A stretch of DNA of 64,000 bases from Methanobacteriota archaeon (GTDB taxonomy: Archaea; Thermoplasmatota; E2; DHVEG-1), in assembly GCA_017885605.1 (NCBI GenBank), contig JAFNFT010000071.1, forward strand, positions 85,519 to 149,518, written 5' to 3'. Positions 35,721-44,815 of the stretch are shown piece by piece. Numbering within the stretch: the first letter of the stretch is position 1; the number at the start of each line of letters is the position of its first letter. The translations under genes and the position numbers were made by a program. The notes under the pieces were generated by a model. That model did no database searches. It saw nothing but the letters and a program-made list of their open reading frames with translations, and was not told where the DNA came from.

Positions 35721-36577
35721 ATCAGAACGAGCGGGCAGATTATAAAAAGAAATACGTTCACTACTGTGTGTGATATACTTACTCCTATAACTGTTTTGGT
35801 TGTTTTTACGACGACGGCGTATAATCCACCGATAGAAAAAACAAGCAGCACGTCCAGCAAAGAGAGATTTCCAATGTGAAGCACCGCGAAAATAAGGGTG
35901 ATAAAAAATATGCCCGGCCATACTCCAAGGATGTCTGTAGATTTTTTTTGAAGAAGTCCTCTGAAGATTAATTCCTCCATGAGTCCCGTTGCTATGAACA
36001 AGATCAGAACAGCTACGATGATGTTTTCTATGGAAAATGAGTCAATAAAAGGGGTAGGCCTTAGTATATAATACTCTGCGAATCCTAAAGGTATTCCAAG
36101 CAGTATGATGCCAACCTCTATGGGAATGTGTTTTTTGGTTGGAAGCCGTAGGCCGCATTCCTTGATATTGATTTTTTGCTGAAATAATAAGACGAAAAAT
36201 GCAAGATAGACTGCAACGCCGATGATGATAAACCATTGTATGCGTGGAAAATGAGAGAGCGGCATGACCAGGCTTAAGATGCGTATGAGCGGGACAAGGG
36301 TGAGAGCAAGGAGTATTGAGGTAAGTTTTACCCTGTTGTCTATAAGTTTCTGTACTAGGCTTGAAGGTTTTTTCTTCTCTTTGATCATGAGCCATTGTAA
36401 TTTGTTTATTGACATTTTTTCTTTATTTATGAATCCCGAATGAATGAAGAGCAGACAGAGAATGATGATGTGGAAGAATATCCCTGCCTGTGGACTGACA
36501 TATGCGACAGTAATTTCTGCGAGAGTTATGAGAATGAGATACAGTAAGAGGTACTGTCCGTCCGATATTTTGTTCAT
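35717..36577 (-). CDS. CPBP family intramembrane glutamic endopeptidase (CAAX protease / Abi domain)
   Basis: Motif 1 GLMEELIFRG and motif 2 FAVLHIGN. Multi-TM. Confidence 0.8.
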   Translation of the reverse strand: MNKISDGQYLLLYLILITLAEITVAYVSPQAGIFFHIIILCLLFIHSGFINKEKMSINKLQWLMIKEKKKPSSLVQKLIDNRVKLTSILLALTLVPLIRILSLVMPLSHFPRIQWFIIIGVAVYLAFFVLLFQQKINIKECGLRLPTKKHIPIEVGIILLGIPLGFAEYYILRPTPFIDSFSIENIIVAVLILFIATGLMEELIFRGLLQKKSTDILGVWPGIFFITLIFAVLHIGNLSLLDVLLVFSIGGLYAVVVKTTKTVIGVSISHTVVNVFLFIICPLVLI

Positions 36578-36793
36578 TCAGACAAGGAATCGATATAGTG
36601 CATATAAAAATTACGGGGAAATTACGCATGGTGGACAATTTTAGTCTTTTAAAACCACTATCTTTATAAATAAAAAAAATATTACATTAGTAATTGTATC
36701 GTAATGTATTTGTGTTGCTCTCTTGCAGCACAAGTGGGGGTGATGTAATCGATCACATACTACCCGAAATACACTAGGATGGATAATCAAACT

Positions 36794-36813
36794 GAGATGA
36801 GATGAGATGAGAT
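36794..36813 (+). repeat. Pentanucleotide microsatellite (gagat)4 immediately 5-prime of, and overlapping, the ATG of the 36812 gene
   Basis: ctgagatgagatgagatgagatgagtgg read directly. Contains four ATGs spaced 5 nt apart. Confidence 0.6.
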
Positions 36814-37228
36814 GAGTGGTGAGGAAGCCTGGCACAGGGGAAAATGTTCTCATGTAGATTGTGGTAGAGAACACAGGATATGGCTCCCTGAAACCATCGC
36901 TTCTTCAGATGATACGAGAACTCCTAGTAGTACTGGAAAATCAGACGTCTCGTTACACCACTGGTGCGTGCTTTGCGGATGCATACAAAATATCTCTGAT
37001 GATCGCCCTAAAAAAATGGGTTATTGGATAAATGTTCTTTCGAAGATGGCGCGAGAATATCATCTCACAGACTGCCAGAAACGACTTGTTATTAAAGCAT
37101 TGGAAACCAATGAATTCTTTGAGGACCTGTACGGAACCACAGGTTCTGCACAACAGGGGGTATTTGTTAAGGTAGTACAAAACTATAGTAATCTAGGTGA
37201 AAACACGATTGATTCATTTATCTTTTAG
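36812..37228 (+). CDS. Hypothetical protein with Cys/His cluster (possible zinc ribbon)
   Basis: CSHVDCGREH and HHWCVLCGC. No further similarity recognised. Confidence 0.35.
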   Translation: MSGEEAWHRGKCSHVDCGREHRIWLPETIASSDDTRTPSSTGKSDVSLHHWCVLCGCIQNISDDRPKKMGYWINVLSKMAREYHLTDCQKRLVIKALETNEFFEDLYGTTGSAQQGVFVKVVQNYSNLGENTIDSFIF

Positions 37229-37315
37229 ACTGAATTGACAACCTCTATGGTTGAGTGATACGAGGCTAAAGGATGGGTAGTCTGAGGAAGGATAAGGTTG
37301 AGGAGCAGAGAATAA

Positions 37316-38215
37316 ATGGTTAATGGAATTAAACGTACGCTTGTCGTTATCCCCTGTTTTAATGAAGAGGCAACGATCGGCAGCGTTGTCCTAAAGGCGA
37401 AACAATATGTTGACGAGGTTGTTGTCATCGATGATGGGAGCACAGACAAAACAGCAAAGATAGCGGAATACGCGGGTGCAACAGTCCTCAGACATGATGA
37501 AAACAAAGGATATGGGGCTGCACTGAAAAGCGGTTTTGAATATGCACGTGAGAAAGACTTTGATGTCATGACAATCCTTGATGGAGACGGGCAGCATGAC
37601 GCGGATCAAATTCAAACGGTTATGATGCCTGTTTCAGATGGGAAGGCAGATATCTGTGTTGGTTCTCGTTTCCTTGACAGCACCGGCAACATGGTTCCGA
37701 TGTATCGTCATTTTGGTATTGCGGTGTTAACCAAGTTTACCAATGCAGGCTCAGAGAAGGAAAATAAAGTGACCGATGGCCAGAGTGGTTTTCGCTCGTA
37801 TTCGCGAAAAGCCATCGAAAATATTGATCTGAAAGATACTCAGATGGGGGCGTCAGCCGAAATCCTTATGCAAGGTCGAAGGATGCATCTCAACTGCGAG
37901 GAGGTCCCCATCACGTGTAGTTATGAAGGAGATTGCTCGACAGAACGACCAGTTGATCACGGTCTCGGGGTTCTTATTTCCATCTTGAAATATTTTGAAG
38001 TAGAGCATTCTTTGTTGTTCTTTGGCGTCCCTGGTCTTATCATGTTTGTTGCAGGGCTTGCCTTGGGCACCTGGGTATATTTTGATTTCATGGCAAACAA
38101 CGTTCTTGCACTTGGTAATGCGTTAATTACCGTGATACTCCTTGTTCTTGGGACGCTTGCAGGTATCACAGGGTTGATCTTACATGCTGTGATCAACGCA
38201 AATCAACGAAGATAG
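37316..38215 (+). CDS. GT2 family dolichyl-phosphate sugar synthase-like glycosyltransferase (Dpm1/AglJ-like) with C-terminal TM helices
   Basis: VVIPCFNEEATI, VIDDGSTD and DGDGQHD motifs (GT-A DXD). Two C-terminal TM segments. Confidence 0.85.
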   Translation: MVNGIKRTLVVIPCFNEEATIGSVVLKAKQYVDEVVVIDDGSTDKTAKIAEYAGATVLRHDENKGYGAALKSGFEYAREKDFDVMTILDGDGQHDADQIQTVMMPVSDGKADICVGSRFLDSTGNMVPMYRHFGIAVLTKFTNAGSEKENKVTDGQSGFRSYSRKAIENIDLKDTQMGASAEILMQGRRMHLNCEEVPITCSYEGDCSTERPVDHGLGVLISILKYFEVEHSLLFFGVPGLIMFVAGLALGTWVYFDFMANNVLALGNALITVILLVLGTLAGITGLILHAVINANQRR

Positions 38216-38422
38216 AACCAAGGTTTTTCCAAATGGTAGGTGCTCTTCCTATGTTTATTGATTTTCTTCTCAATTCGTTTCCTCGTATTATACAACGGAC
38301 GATACGTGAGGTTCGGTGGGAGCAGTAAGATGGATATTTCTATTTGCAGACCTTGAAAACCATATACCATAGGTGGAACCGCTATTTTAAATGTAAAAAA
38401 GGAAGACGGATAAAGGGTTGTA

Positions 38423-40216
38423 ATGCCAGTCGAATTTGTTGAACTAGCAAAGTTAATAGGTGGCGTTATTCTCCTCATTGTTCCAGGTTATCTCTGGAGT
38501 TTTATTTTATTTCCAAAAATCATGCATCTCGAAAGAATCGTGTTTGGGTTTGTATTGGACCTATGCGTACTTTCCTGTGGAATGTTTATTTTGAATGTCG
38601 TATTTGGGATAACCCTAACATATACAGTTATATGGGTGCTCCTTGCGTTTTACACCATTCCTGTTCTGATTATAATTATATATTGTTTATTAGTATTCAA
38701 ATTTGATTTTAAAAAACCAAGTTTTAAAGATTTTAAAAACCCCAAATTATTGTTACTTGTATTTGTCTTAGGGTTTACAGTGTTAATGATCTTTTTACCT
38801 CATCTTAAAGAAGGTTATTTTCTCCCGTTTCATGTTGATGAATGGGAGCACTGGAGTTATTCAAGAGCTGTGGCAGAATCTGGTTCTACTTCATTTGTTA
38901 ATCCTTACTTAGGGCAAGGAATTCTTCAGCCTCTTGAAATAGGATTTAACCTTGTCGTCTTAGGTGTTTCTTGGAGTTCTGGAAGTAATCTTGTCACTAT
39001 CTTTGTGTTTATGCCATCTCTTATTGCAATATTTACAAGCCTTGCAGCATTTAACATAGGCGAAAGAACAGAACGGAAATTTGGTCTTGAGGCAGCATTT
39101 TTTGTGGCATTGATTCCAACCACCTGCCGGATGATGGGGCCGTCTTTCTTTGTGCCGGTGGCGTTAGGATTGTTATTCATCGTACTTATCATCTGGATTT
39201 TACAGCAGAAAACATATCGAGCAATGCTGCTTATTCCTTTCATTATTTGGTGTATGTTTCTTATTCATCCACCCACCGCACTCGCTGGATTCATGGTGTG
39301 CATAATTTTTACCGTACTGTTTCTGTTTGAAAAGAAATATAAATTATCCCTGCTCGCTGCCGGATTATCTCTAATCCCCATAGGATTTGTGTTACTTCTT
39401 TCAACAAGATGGAATATGTCCATTCAAGATGTAGTCAAGGCGTTTCTTGGAGAAGGAAGATTTATGGATCTAGACCTTCCAAAAATCTGGATCTCCTTTG
39501 AACATATGGGCATAGTCATTTGGGTATTTTTTATCATTGGGGCATACTTTGCATTCAGTAAAGGAAAAACAACGGTGCGTGCCATAGGTCTTTTGGCTAT
39601 CGCATTTATTACACTCATTGGACTATATGACAAATTCAATTATGGCATACCAATCATGTATGAACGCTCGTTTTTGTATCTTTTTTTGATGGTGGCATTG
39701 ATGGCGGGTTGGGGATTGAGTGAACTGAAAAGAACCTTGGCTGAGAACTCAGAAAAATTTGTGCCAAAACGATATGGGGAGCTTTTGAAACACAACAATA
39801 TCATTATCTCTCTTGTAGTATGTCTCATCTTGGTGGCAACAACGGTTCCTGCTCATCTCAATATCCCCTATTACCATATGATAAATGAAGATGAATATGA
39901 AGCTTTCTCCTGGATTCATGATAATATCAAATCCTTTAGAGACGAAAATCATTCATACGATAGATGTGCCGTTGATCCATTTAAAGCATCACCATTTGTT
40001 GCAATATCGGGATTGTATATTGTCTCCTCTACGATGAGTCCACTTTATGGATATAGTTCGCACGCTGAGGTAGAACAGTTTCTGAATGGTAAATGCACTG
40101 ATACAAATTTTTTGTATAAATACCAAATTTCTGTGATTTATTCTCCAAGTTGTAACAATAAAAATTTCACTATCATATATCCAAATGTTTACCTGTATCC
40201 TGGATTGAATAAATAA
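38423..40216 (+). CDS. Polytopic membrane protein, putative GT-C-type glycosyltransferase (PMT/ArnT-like)
   Basis: 12+ hydrophobic helices. LPFHVDEWEHWSY sits in the first extracytoplasmic loop, as does the acidic DE motif of GT-C enzymes. No STT3 WWDYG motif seen, so probably not AglB. Confidence 0.4.
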   Translation: MPVEFVELAKLIGGVILLIVPGYLWSFILFPKIMHLERIVFGFVLDLCVLSCGMFILNVVFGITLTYTVIWVLLAFYTIPVLIIIIYCLLVFKFDFKKPSFKDFKNPKLLLLVFVLGFTVLMIFLPHLKEGYFLPFHVDEWEHWSYSRAVAESGSTSFVNPYLGQGILQPLEIGFNLVVLGVSWSSGSNLVTIFVFMPSLIAIFTSLAAFNIGERTERKFGLEAAFFVALIPTTCRMMGPSFFVPVALGLLFIVLIIWILQQKTYRAMLLIPFIIWCMFLIHPPTALAGFMVCIIFTVLFLFEKKYKLSLLAAGLSLIPIGFVLLLSTRWNMSIQDVVKAFLGEGRFMDLDLPKIWISFEHMGIVIWVFFIIGAYFAFSKGKTTVRAIGLLAIAFITLIGLYDKFNYGIPIMYERSFLYLFLMVALMAGWGLSELKRTLAENSEKFVPKRYGELLKHNNIIISLVVCLILVATTVPAHLNIPYYHMINEDEYEAFSWIHDNIKSFRDENHSYDRCAVDPFKASPFVAISGLYIVSSTMSPLYGYSSHAEVEQFLNGKCTDTNFLYKYQISVIYSPSCNNKNFTIIYPNVYLYPGLNK

Positions 40217-40235
40217 AAATGAGCAAGGTTTTTTT

Positions 40236-41330
40236 ATGAAGGATCATACATTAAGAATAGCAATAGTTGTCGGTACTCGCCCTGAAATAATCAAGATGTC
40301 TCCGATAATCCGTGAATGCAAAAGAAGAAAACAAGATTATTTTATCTTGCATACAGGGCAACATTATTCCTATAATATGGATCAGGTTTTTTTTGAACAA
40401 CTTGAGCTACCAAAACCAAAATACAATCTTGATGTCGGCTCTGGTACGCAAGCAGAGCAAACCGGAAGAGCCCTTATCGGAATTGAGCAAGTGTTACTAA
40501 AGGAAAAGCCAGATGTTGTATTGGTTGAAGGCGACACAAATACGGTTCTTGCAGGAGCTCTTGCAGCAACAAAGTTACACATAAAAGTTGGACATGTTGA
40601 GGCAGGTCTGAGATCCTATGACCGAACCATGCCTGAGGAGATCAATAGGGTTTTGACCGATCATATCTCAGATTTTTGTTTTGCACCAACGGAACAATCC
40701 CGACAAACGCTTCTCAGAGAAGGTATTGAAGAAAACAAGATTTTTGTCACGGGAAATACGATTGTCGATGCAGTGTATCAAAATCTTGAACTTGCACGTA
40801 AAAAGGCAAATATATTGGAACGACTTGGTCTCAAAGAAAAGGAATATTTTCTTGTTACTGTACATAGGCCGGAAAATGTCGATAACAAAGACCGCTTTCA
40901 AGGAATTCTTTCTGGTTTGCAGCAATTAGAAAAGGAATATAATATACCGGTCGTCTATCCTATTCATCCTCGTTCTCGCAAGAAGATGGATGAGTTTGGG
41001 CTGTTCGCAGACAACATTAATCTTGTTGATCCTCAAGATTTATTTGGTTTTTTACAACTTGAGCAAAATGCAAAAGTGGTTCTCACAGATTCCGGGGGTG
41101 TCCAGGAGGAGACGTGCATTCTAGGAAATCCCTGTGTAACCCTAAGAGATAATACTGAGAGACCAGAAACCATAGACGTAGGATCCAATGTTTTGGCAGG
41201 TACACATCCGGAGGATATTGTTAACGCGGTTTCAATGATGCTTCATAAAGAAAGAGAGGGAAGCAATCCGTTTGGTGATGGTCAATCTGGTAAAAAAATT
41301 GTTGATATATTGGAGAAAGAAATTACATGA
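40236..41330 (+). CDS. wecB: UDP-N-acetylglucosamine 2-epimerase (non-hydrolysing)
   Basis: IVVGTRPEIIKMSPI, HTGQH and HVEAGLRS with typical length. Canonical WecB/MnaA motifs. Confidence 0.9.
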   Translation: MKDHTLRIAIVVGTRPEIIKMSPIIRECKRRKQDYFILHTGQHYSYNMDQVFFEQLELPKPKYNLDVGSGTQAEQTGRALIGIEQVLLKEKPDVVLVEGDTNTVLAGALAATKLHIKVGHVEAGLRSYDRTMPEEINRVLTDHISDFCFAPTEQSRQTLLREGIEENKIFVTGNTIVDAVYQNLELARKKANILERLGLKEKEYFLVTVHRPENVDNKDRFQGILSGLQQLEKEYNIPVVYPIHPRSRKKMDEFGLFADNINLVDPQDLFGFLQLEQNAKVVLTDSGGVQEETCILGNPCVTLRDNTERPETIDVGSNVLAGTHPEDIVNAVSMMLHKEREGSNPFGDGQSGKKIVDILEKEIT

Positions 41331-42304
41331 ATAAAGAGAAAAAGATACTTGTTACTGGTGGAAGTGGTTTTATTGGTACGAATCTTGTGAATGAATTACG
41401 TAAACGTGGTCACAAGGTAATAGCGTGTGATTTATTGAATCACGAACTTCCGGATTATATCCGTTGTGATGTTCGAAATTTTCGTCAGTTGGAGCGGGTG
41501 TTTGATCGATTCGGATCTTTTGAATATTTGTACCATCTTGCTGCGGAGTACGGACGGTGGAACGGGGAGGATTACTATGAGAATTTGTGGGAAACGAACG
41601 TGATCGGGACGAAACACATGATTCGGCTGCAGGAGAAGCATAAATTCCAGATGATTTTCTTCTCGAGCGCAGAAGTATATGGAGATTTCATGGGAACGAT
41701 GAGAGAGAACGTCATGGAGGATGCCCTGATTAAAGAAGTGTATCAAATGAATGATTATGCGATTACGAAATGGGCTGGGGAGCTGATGTGTTTGAATTCC
41801 GCGAAGATGTTTGGAGCGGAGACCGTGCGAGTGCGACCCGTGAACTGTTATGGTCCGCATGAGCAGTATAATCCGTATCGTGGGTTCATTCCGAAATTCA
41901 TCTATCACGCGTTGCATGATAAATCGTATACGGTGTATTGTGGCCATACGCGCATTATTGATTATGTGGAGGACACGTGTCGTACGTTTGCGAACATTGT
42001 TGACAACTTTATTCCTGGTGAGGTGTACAATGTTGGTGGCCGCGAAGAATGGGAGCGAGATATCAAGGAATACTCTGATTTAGTACTCAAAGCGTGTGGG
42101 AAGGATGATTCGCTCGTAACGTACAAAGATGCGGAGCCGCATACTACAAAAGTGAAACATATGGATTTTTCAAAAGCAGAACACGATTTACATCATAACC
42201 CAAAGATAACTCCTGACGAAGGAATTCAAAGAACAGTGGATTGGATGAAATGGTTTTATCGATTTGATAGAAAAGAAAAGCCGGATCTTGAAACAATTGC
42301 CTAA
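41327..42304 (+). CDS. NAD-dependent nucleotide-sugar epimerase/dehydratase (extended SDR)
   Basis: VTGGSGFIGTNL Rossmann motif and catalytic YAITK. Visibly GC-richer than its neighbours. Confidence 0.8.
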   Translation: MNKEKKILVTGGSGFIGTNLVNELRKRGHKVIACDLLNHELPDYIRCDVRNFRQLERVFDRFGSFEYLYHLAAEYGRWNGEDYYENLWETNVIGTKHMIRLQEKHKFQMIFFSSAEVYGDFMGTMRENVMEDALIKEVYQMNDYAITKWAGELMCLNSAKMFGAETVRVRPVNCYGPHEQYNPYRGFIPKFIYHALHDKSYTVYCGHTRIIDYVEDTCRTFANIVDNFIPGEVYNVGGREEWERDIKEYSDLVLKACGKDDSLVTYKDAEPHTTKVKHMDFSKAEHDLHHNPKITPDEGIQRTVDWMKWFYRFDRKEKPDLETIA

Positions 42305-42330
42305 AAAAAATAATTGGGGGTGAAGAAAAA

Positions 42331-43389
42331 ATGGGAAGATTTAATGAATACAATGGTAAAACTATTTTAGTCACCGGTGGCGCAGGTTGCATTGGTGGCA
42401 ACCTGTGTAAAAAGCTATCAGAGCTCCATGCTCGCAACATCATCATTCTTGATAATTTATCATCAGCCTATGAATGGAATATACCTCAAGCAGACAACAT
42501 TTCTTTTGTCAAAGGAGATGTACTTTCTGATGAAGATCTCAAACGAGTGTTCAAAGAAAAACCAGACCATGTGTTTCATTTGGCCGCGCATTTCGCTAAT
42601 CAAAACAGTGTTGATAGCCCGGAAACAAATCTTCTTGTCAACGGCCTCGGCATCCTAAAGACACTGGAACATGCACAGCTCACCGGAGTAAAACGATTTG
42701 TGTACTCATCCTCAGGCTGTGGCGTGTATGGACTAGATTCACAGATGCCCTTTAAAGAACATGACATATCAATACACCTTCATACACCCTATCAAGTAAC
42801 AAAACTTCTTGGCGAACTCTACACAAATTATTTCCACAACCTCTACAACCTCCCCATCGTCAACGCACGGTTCTTCAACGTCTTTGGACCAGGTGAAGTC
42901 CCAGGGAAATATCGAAACGTGATTCCTAATTTTATGTACTGGGCAATGCATCATCAACCATTACCAATCACAGGAGATGGCAGCGAAACAAGGGATTGGA
43001 CCTATGTTAGTGACATCGTCAACGGACTTCTTGCAATGGGTGTGGTCGATGAAGCAATTGGTGAAGCAATAAATCTAGGATCAGCTACGGAAACTAAGGT
43101 TATCGATATGGCTCATCTGATCAATGATCTCACAGGAAACCCTAATGGCATCAAATACATTGAAAGACGGAACTGGGATGTAAAGACACGACTTCTTTCA
43201 TCAGTTGACAAAGCCAAAGATATCTTGGATTACAAGCCGCAAACATCCTTTGAAGCTGGTGCTGAACAACTGTATCAGTGGTTTGTTGAAAACTGGACGC
43301 TTATTCAAAAAAGTGCAGAGTTTGCAGGGTATAAGAAACAACAATGGGAACACACTACGCCTCAAAAAACCCAAGAGGCTATCGCATAG
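42331..43389 (+). CDS. NAD-dependent nucleotide-sugar epimerase/dehydratase (extended SDR)
   Basis: VTGGAGCIGGNL and catalytic YQVTK. Confidence 0.8.
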   Translation: MGRFNEYNGKTILVTGGAGCIGGNLCKKLSELHARNIIILDNLSSAYEWNIPQADNISFVKGDVLSDEDLKRVFKEKPDHVFHLAAHFANQNSVDSPETNLLVNGLGILKTLEHAQLTGVKRFVYSSSGCGVYGLDSQMPFKEHDISIHLHTPYQVTKLLGELYTNYFHNLYNLPIVNARFFNVFGPGEVPGKYRNVIPNFMYWAMHHQPLPITGDGSETRDWTYVSDIVNGLLAMGVVDEAIGEAINLGSATETKVIDMAHLINDLTGNPNGIKYIERRNWDVKTRLLSSVDKAKDILDYKPQTSFEAGAEQLYQWFVENWTLIQKSAEFAGYKKQQWEHTTPQKTQEAIA

Positions 43390-43466
43390 ATGAATATATG
43401 TTACAAGTTGAACATCGTAATACCTATTGATTTAAGTTTCAATGGTTCAAAGTCTACTTAGATTGG

Positions 43467-43486
43467 AGTGGCAAATTTTTGCCACT
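43467..43486 (+). terminator. Inverted repeat agtggcaaa-tt-tttgccact 78 bp after the epimerase stop
   Basis: Read directly. Lies at the left boundary of the AT-rich methyltransferase insert. Confidence 0.3.
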
Positions 43487-43568
43487 TCCATTATTTAAAT
43501 TTATACAAAGATTTAAAAATGGAAATTATGCTAGAATGATAAATATTTTTTTTAAATACAATGGTTGA

Positions 43569-44528
43569 ATGGTCGATTTTATGAACAAAGTTGCTAGAAA
43601 TTTGCAAAAAAGCTTTTTATTATTTCATAAAATTGGGCTTAAGGTTGGATTGCAATTACTTCCCAATCATTACTATTCATCATATGCTGATATAAATTAC
43701 CTAGAAAGAAACAAGGAACTCTGGGCAAAAAGATCAGATTTGCCAGGCATTAAAATAAATCTCAAAAATCAAGTGAAAAACTTAAAAAAGATTTGTTTAC
43801 CTTTTAAAGAAGAGTATATCGGTAACAAAGTGTTTCTAGGCGCGGTAAAAGGTGATTGCGGTTCGGGTTTTGGATATATCGAAGCGCAAGTATTGCATTC
43901 GATTATTCGATATTACAAACCAAAAAAAATCATTGAAATTGGTAGTGGTGTTTCTACATATTGTTCATTAAATGCAATTCACTTAAATAAATGTGATACT
44001 GATTATAAATTTAATATGACTTGTATAGAGCCCAATCCTAGTAAAAAGTTACAATTAGAAAAAAAAGTCGAACTTATTAAAAATGATGTTCAAAAAGTAC
44101 CATTGGATTTATTCGAGAATTTGCAGGAAGACGATCTATTATTCATTGATTCTACTCATACCGTAAAACCTGGATCTGATGTAAACTATTTGATTCTTGA
44201 AGTTCTACCAAGACTTCAACATGGTGTAATTATCCATTTTCATGACATATTTTTTCCTTACGATTATCAAAGAGATGTACTCCAAACTTTTTTTCAATGG
44301 AATGAAAATTCACTACTTAGATCTTACCTAACATATAATAATACTATTGAGATTTTATTTTGTTTATCTATGTTACATTATGAAGCTAGAGATGCTCTAA
44401 AAGAAGTGTTCCCAGAATACGTCCCACAAAAGGATAAAAACGGACTGGTGGATGATTATTATAAACCTTTTCAGAAAATCAAAGAACATTTTCCTTCATC
44501 AATTTATTTGAAAGTAAATAAGACATAG
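43569..44528 (+). CDS. Class I SAM-dependent methyltransferase (TylF/CmcI-like O-methyltransferase fold)
   Basis: Motif I IIEIGSGVSTY and acidic motif LLFIDSTHT. Very AT-rich relative to the upstream genes. Confidence 0.6.
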   Translation: MVDFMNKVARNLQKSFLLFHKIGLKVGLQLLPNHYYSSYADINYLERNKELWAKRSDLPGIKINLKNQVKNLKKICLPFKEEYIGNKVFLGAVKGDCGSGFGYIEAQVLHSIIRYYKPKKIIEIGSGVSTYCSLNAIHLNKCDTDYKFNMTCIEPNPSKKLQLEKKVELIKNDVQKVPLDLFENLQEDDLLFIDSTHTVKPGSDVNYLILEVLPRLQHGVIIHFHDIFFPYDYQRDVLQTFFQWNENSLLRSYLTYNNTIEILFCLSMLHYEARDALKEVFPEYVPQKDKNGLVDDYYKPFQKIKEHFPSSIYLKVNKT

Positions 44529-44529
44529 A

Positions 44530-44815
44530 GATTTGCCAGCGCAACAGATGCAAGAGTCATCGGCATGGCAAATAGAGTCAATGAGCTCATCGCAAATCAA
44601 ACAAGCATCATCTACACTAAAAGACGTAACTGGGATGTGAAAAAACGACTTATTTCATCAGTTGACAAAGTCAAAGACATCTTGAATTACAAGTCACAAA
44701 CATCATTTGAAGATGGTGTTTAACAACTGTATCCGTGGTTTACAAACAACTGGAATAATATTGAGGAATCTGCTGAGTTTCTCAAGTATCTGAAAAATCA
44801 ATGGGAAAAGAATAT
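44530..44815 (+). pseudogene. Decayed 3-prime remnant of an NAD-dependent epimerase/dehydratase gene, homologous to the C-terminus of 42331-43389, with an in-frame stop
   Basis: ...ELIANQTSIIYTKRRNWDVKKRLISSVDKVKDILNYKSQTSFEDGV*QLYPWFTNNWNNIEESAEFLKYLKNQWEK aligns with ...AHLINDLTGNPNGIKYIERRNWDVKTRLLSSVDKAKDILDYKPQTSFEAGAEQLYQWFVENWTLIQKSAEFAGYKKQQWEH. TAA at ~44720. No start or N-terminal part. Confidence 0.6.

Noticed and set aside
38423-40216. Calling the 597-aa membrane protein the oligosaccharyltransferase AglB
   Set aside because: It is too short for STT3/AglB and lacks the WWDYG motif. Only a generic GT-C-like acidic loop motif is visible, so it is left as a putative GT-C glycosyltransferase.
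41432-41947. 171-aa minus-strand ORF inside the epimerase gene
   Set aside because: Lies in the GC-richer epimerase gene, which has clear Rossmann and YxxxK motifs on the plus strand. Antisense shadow.
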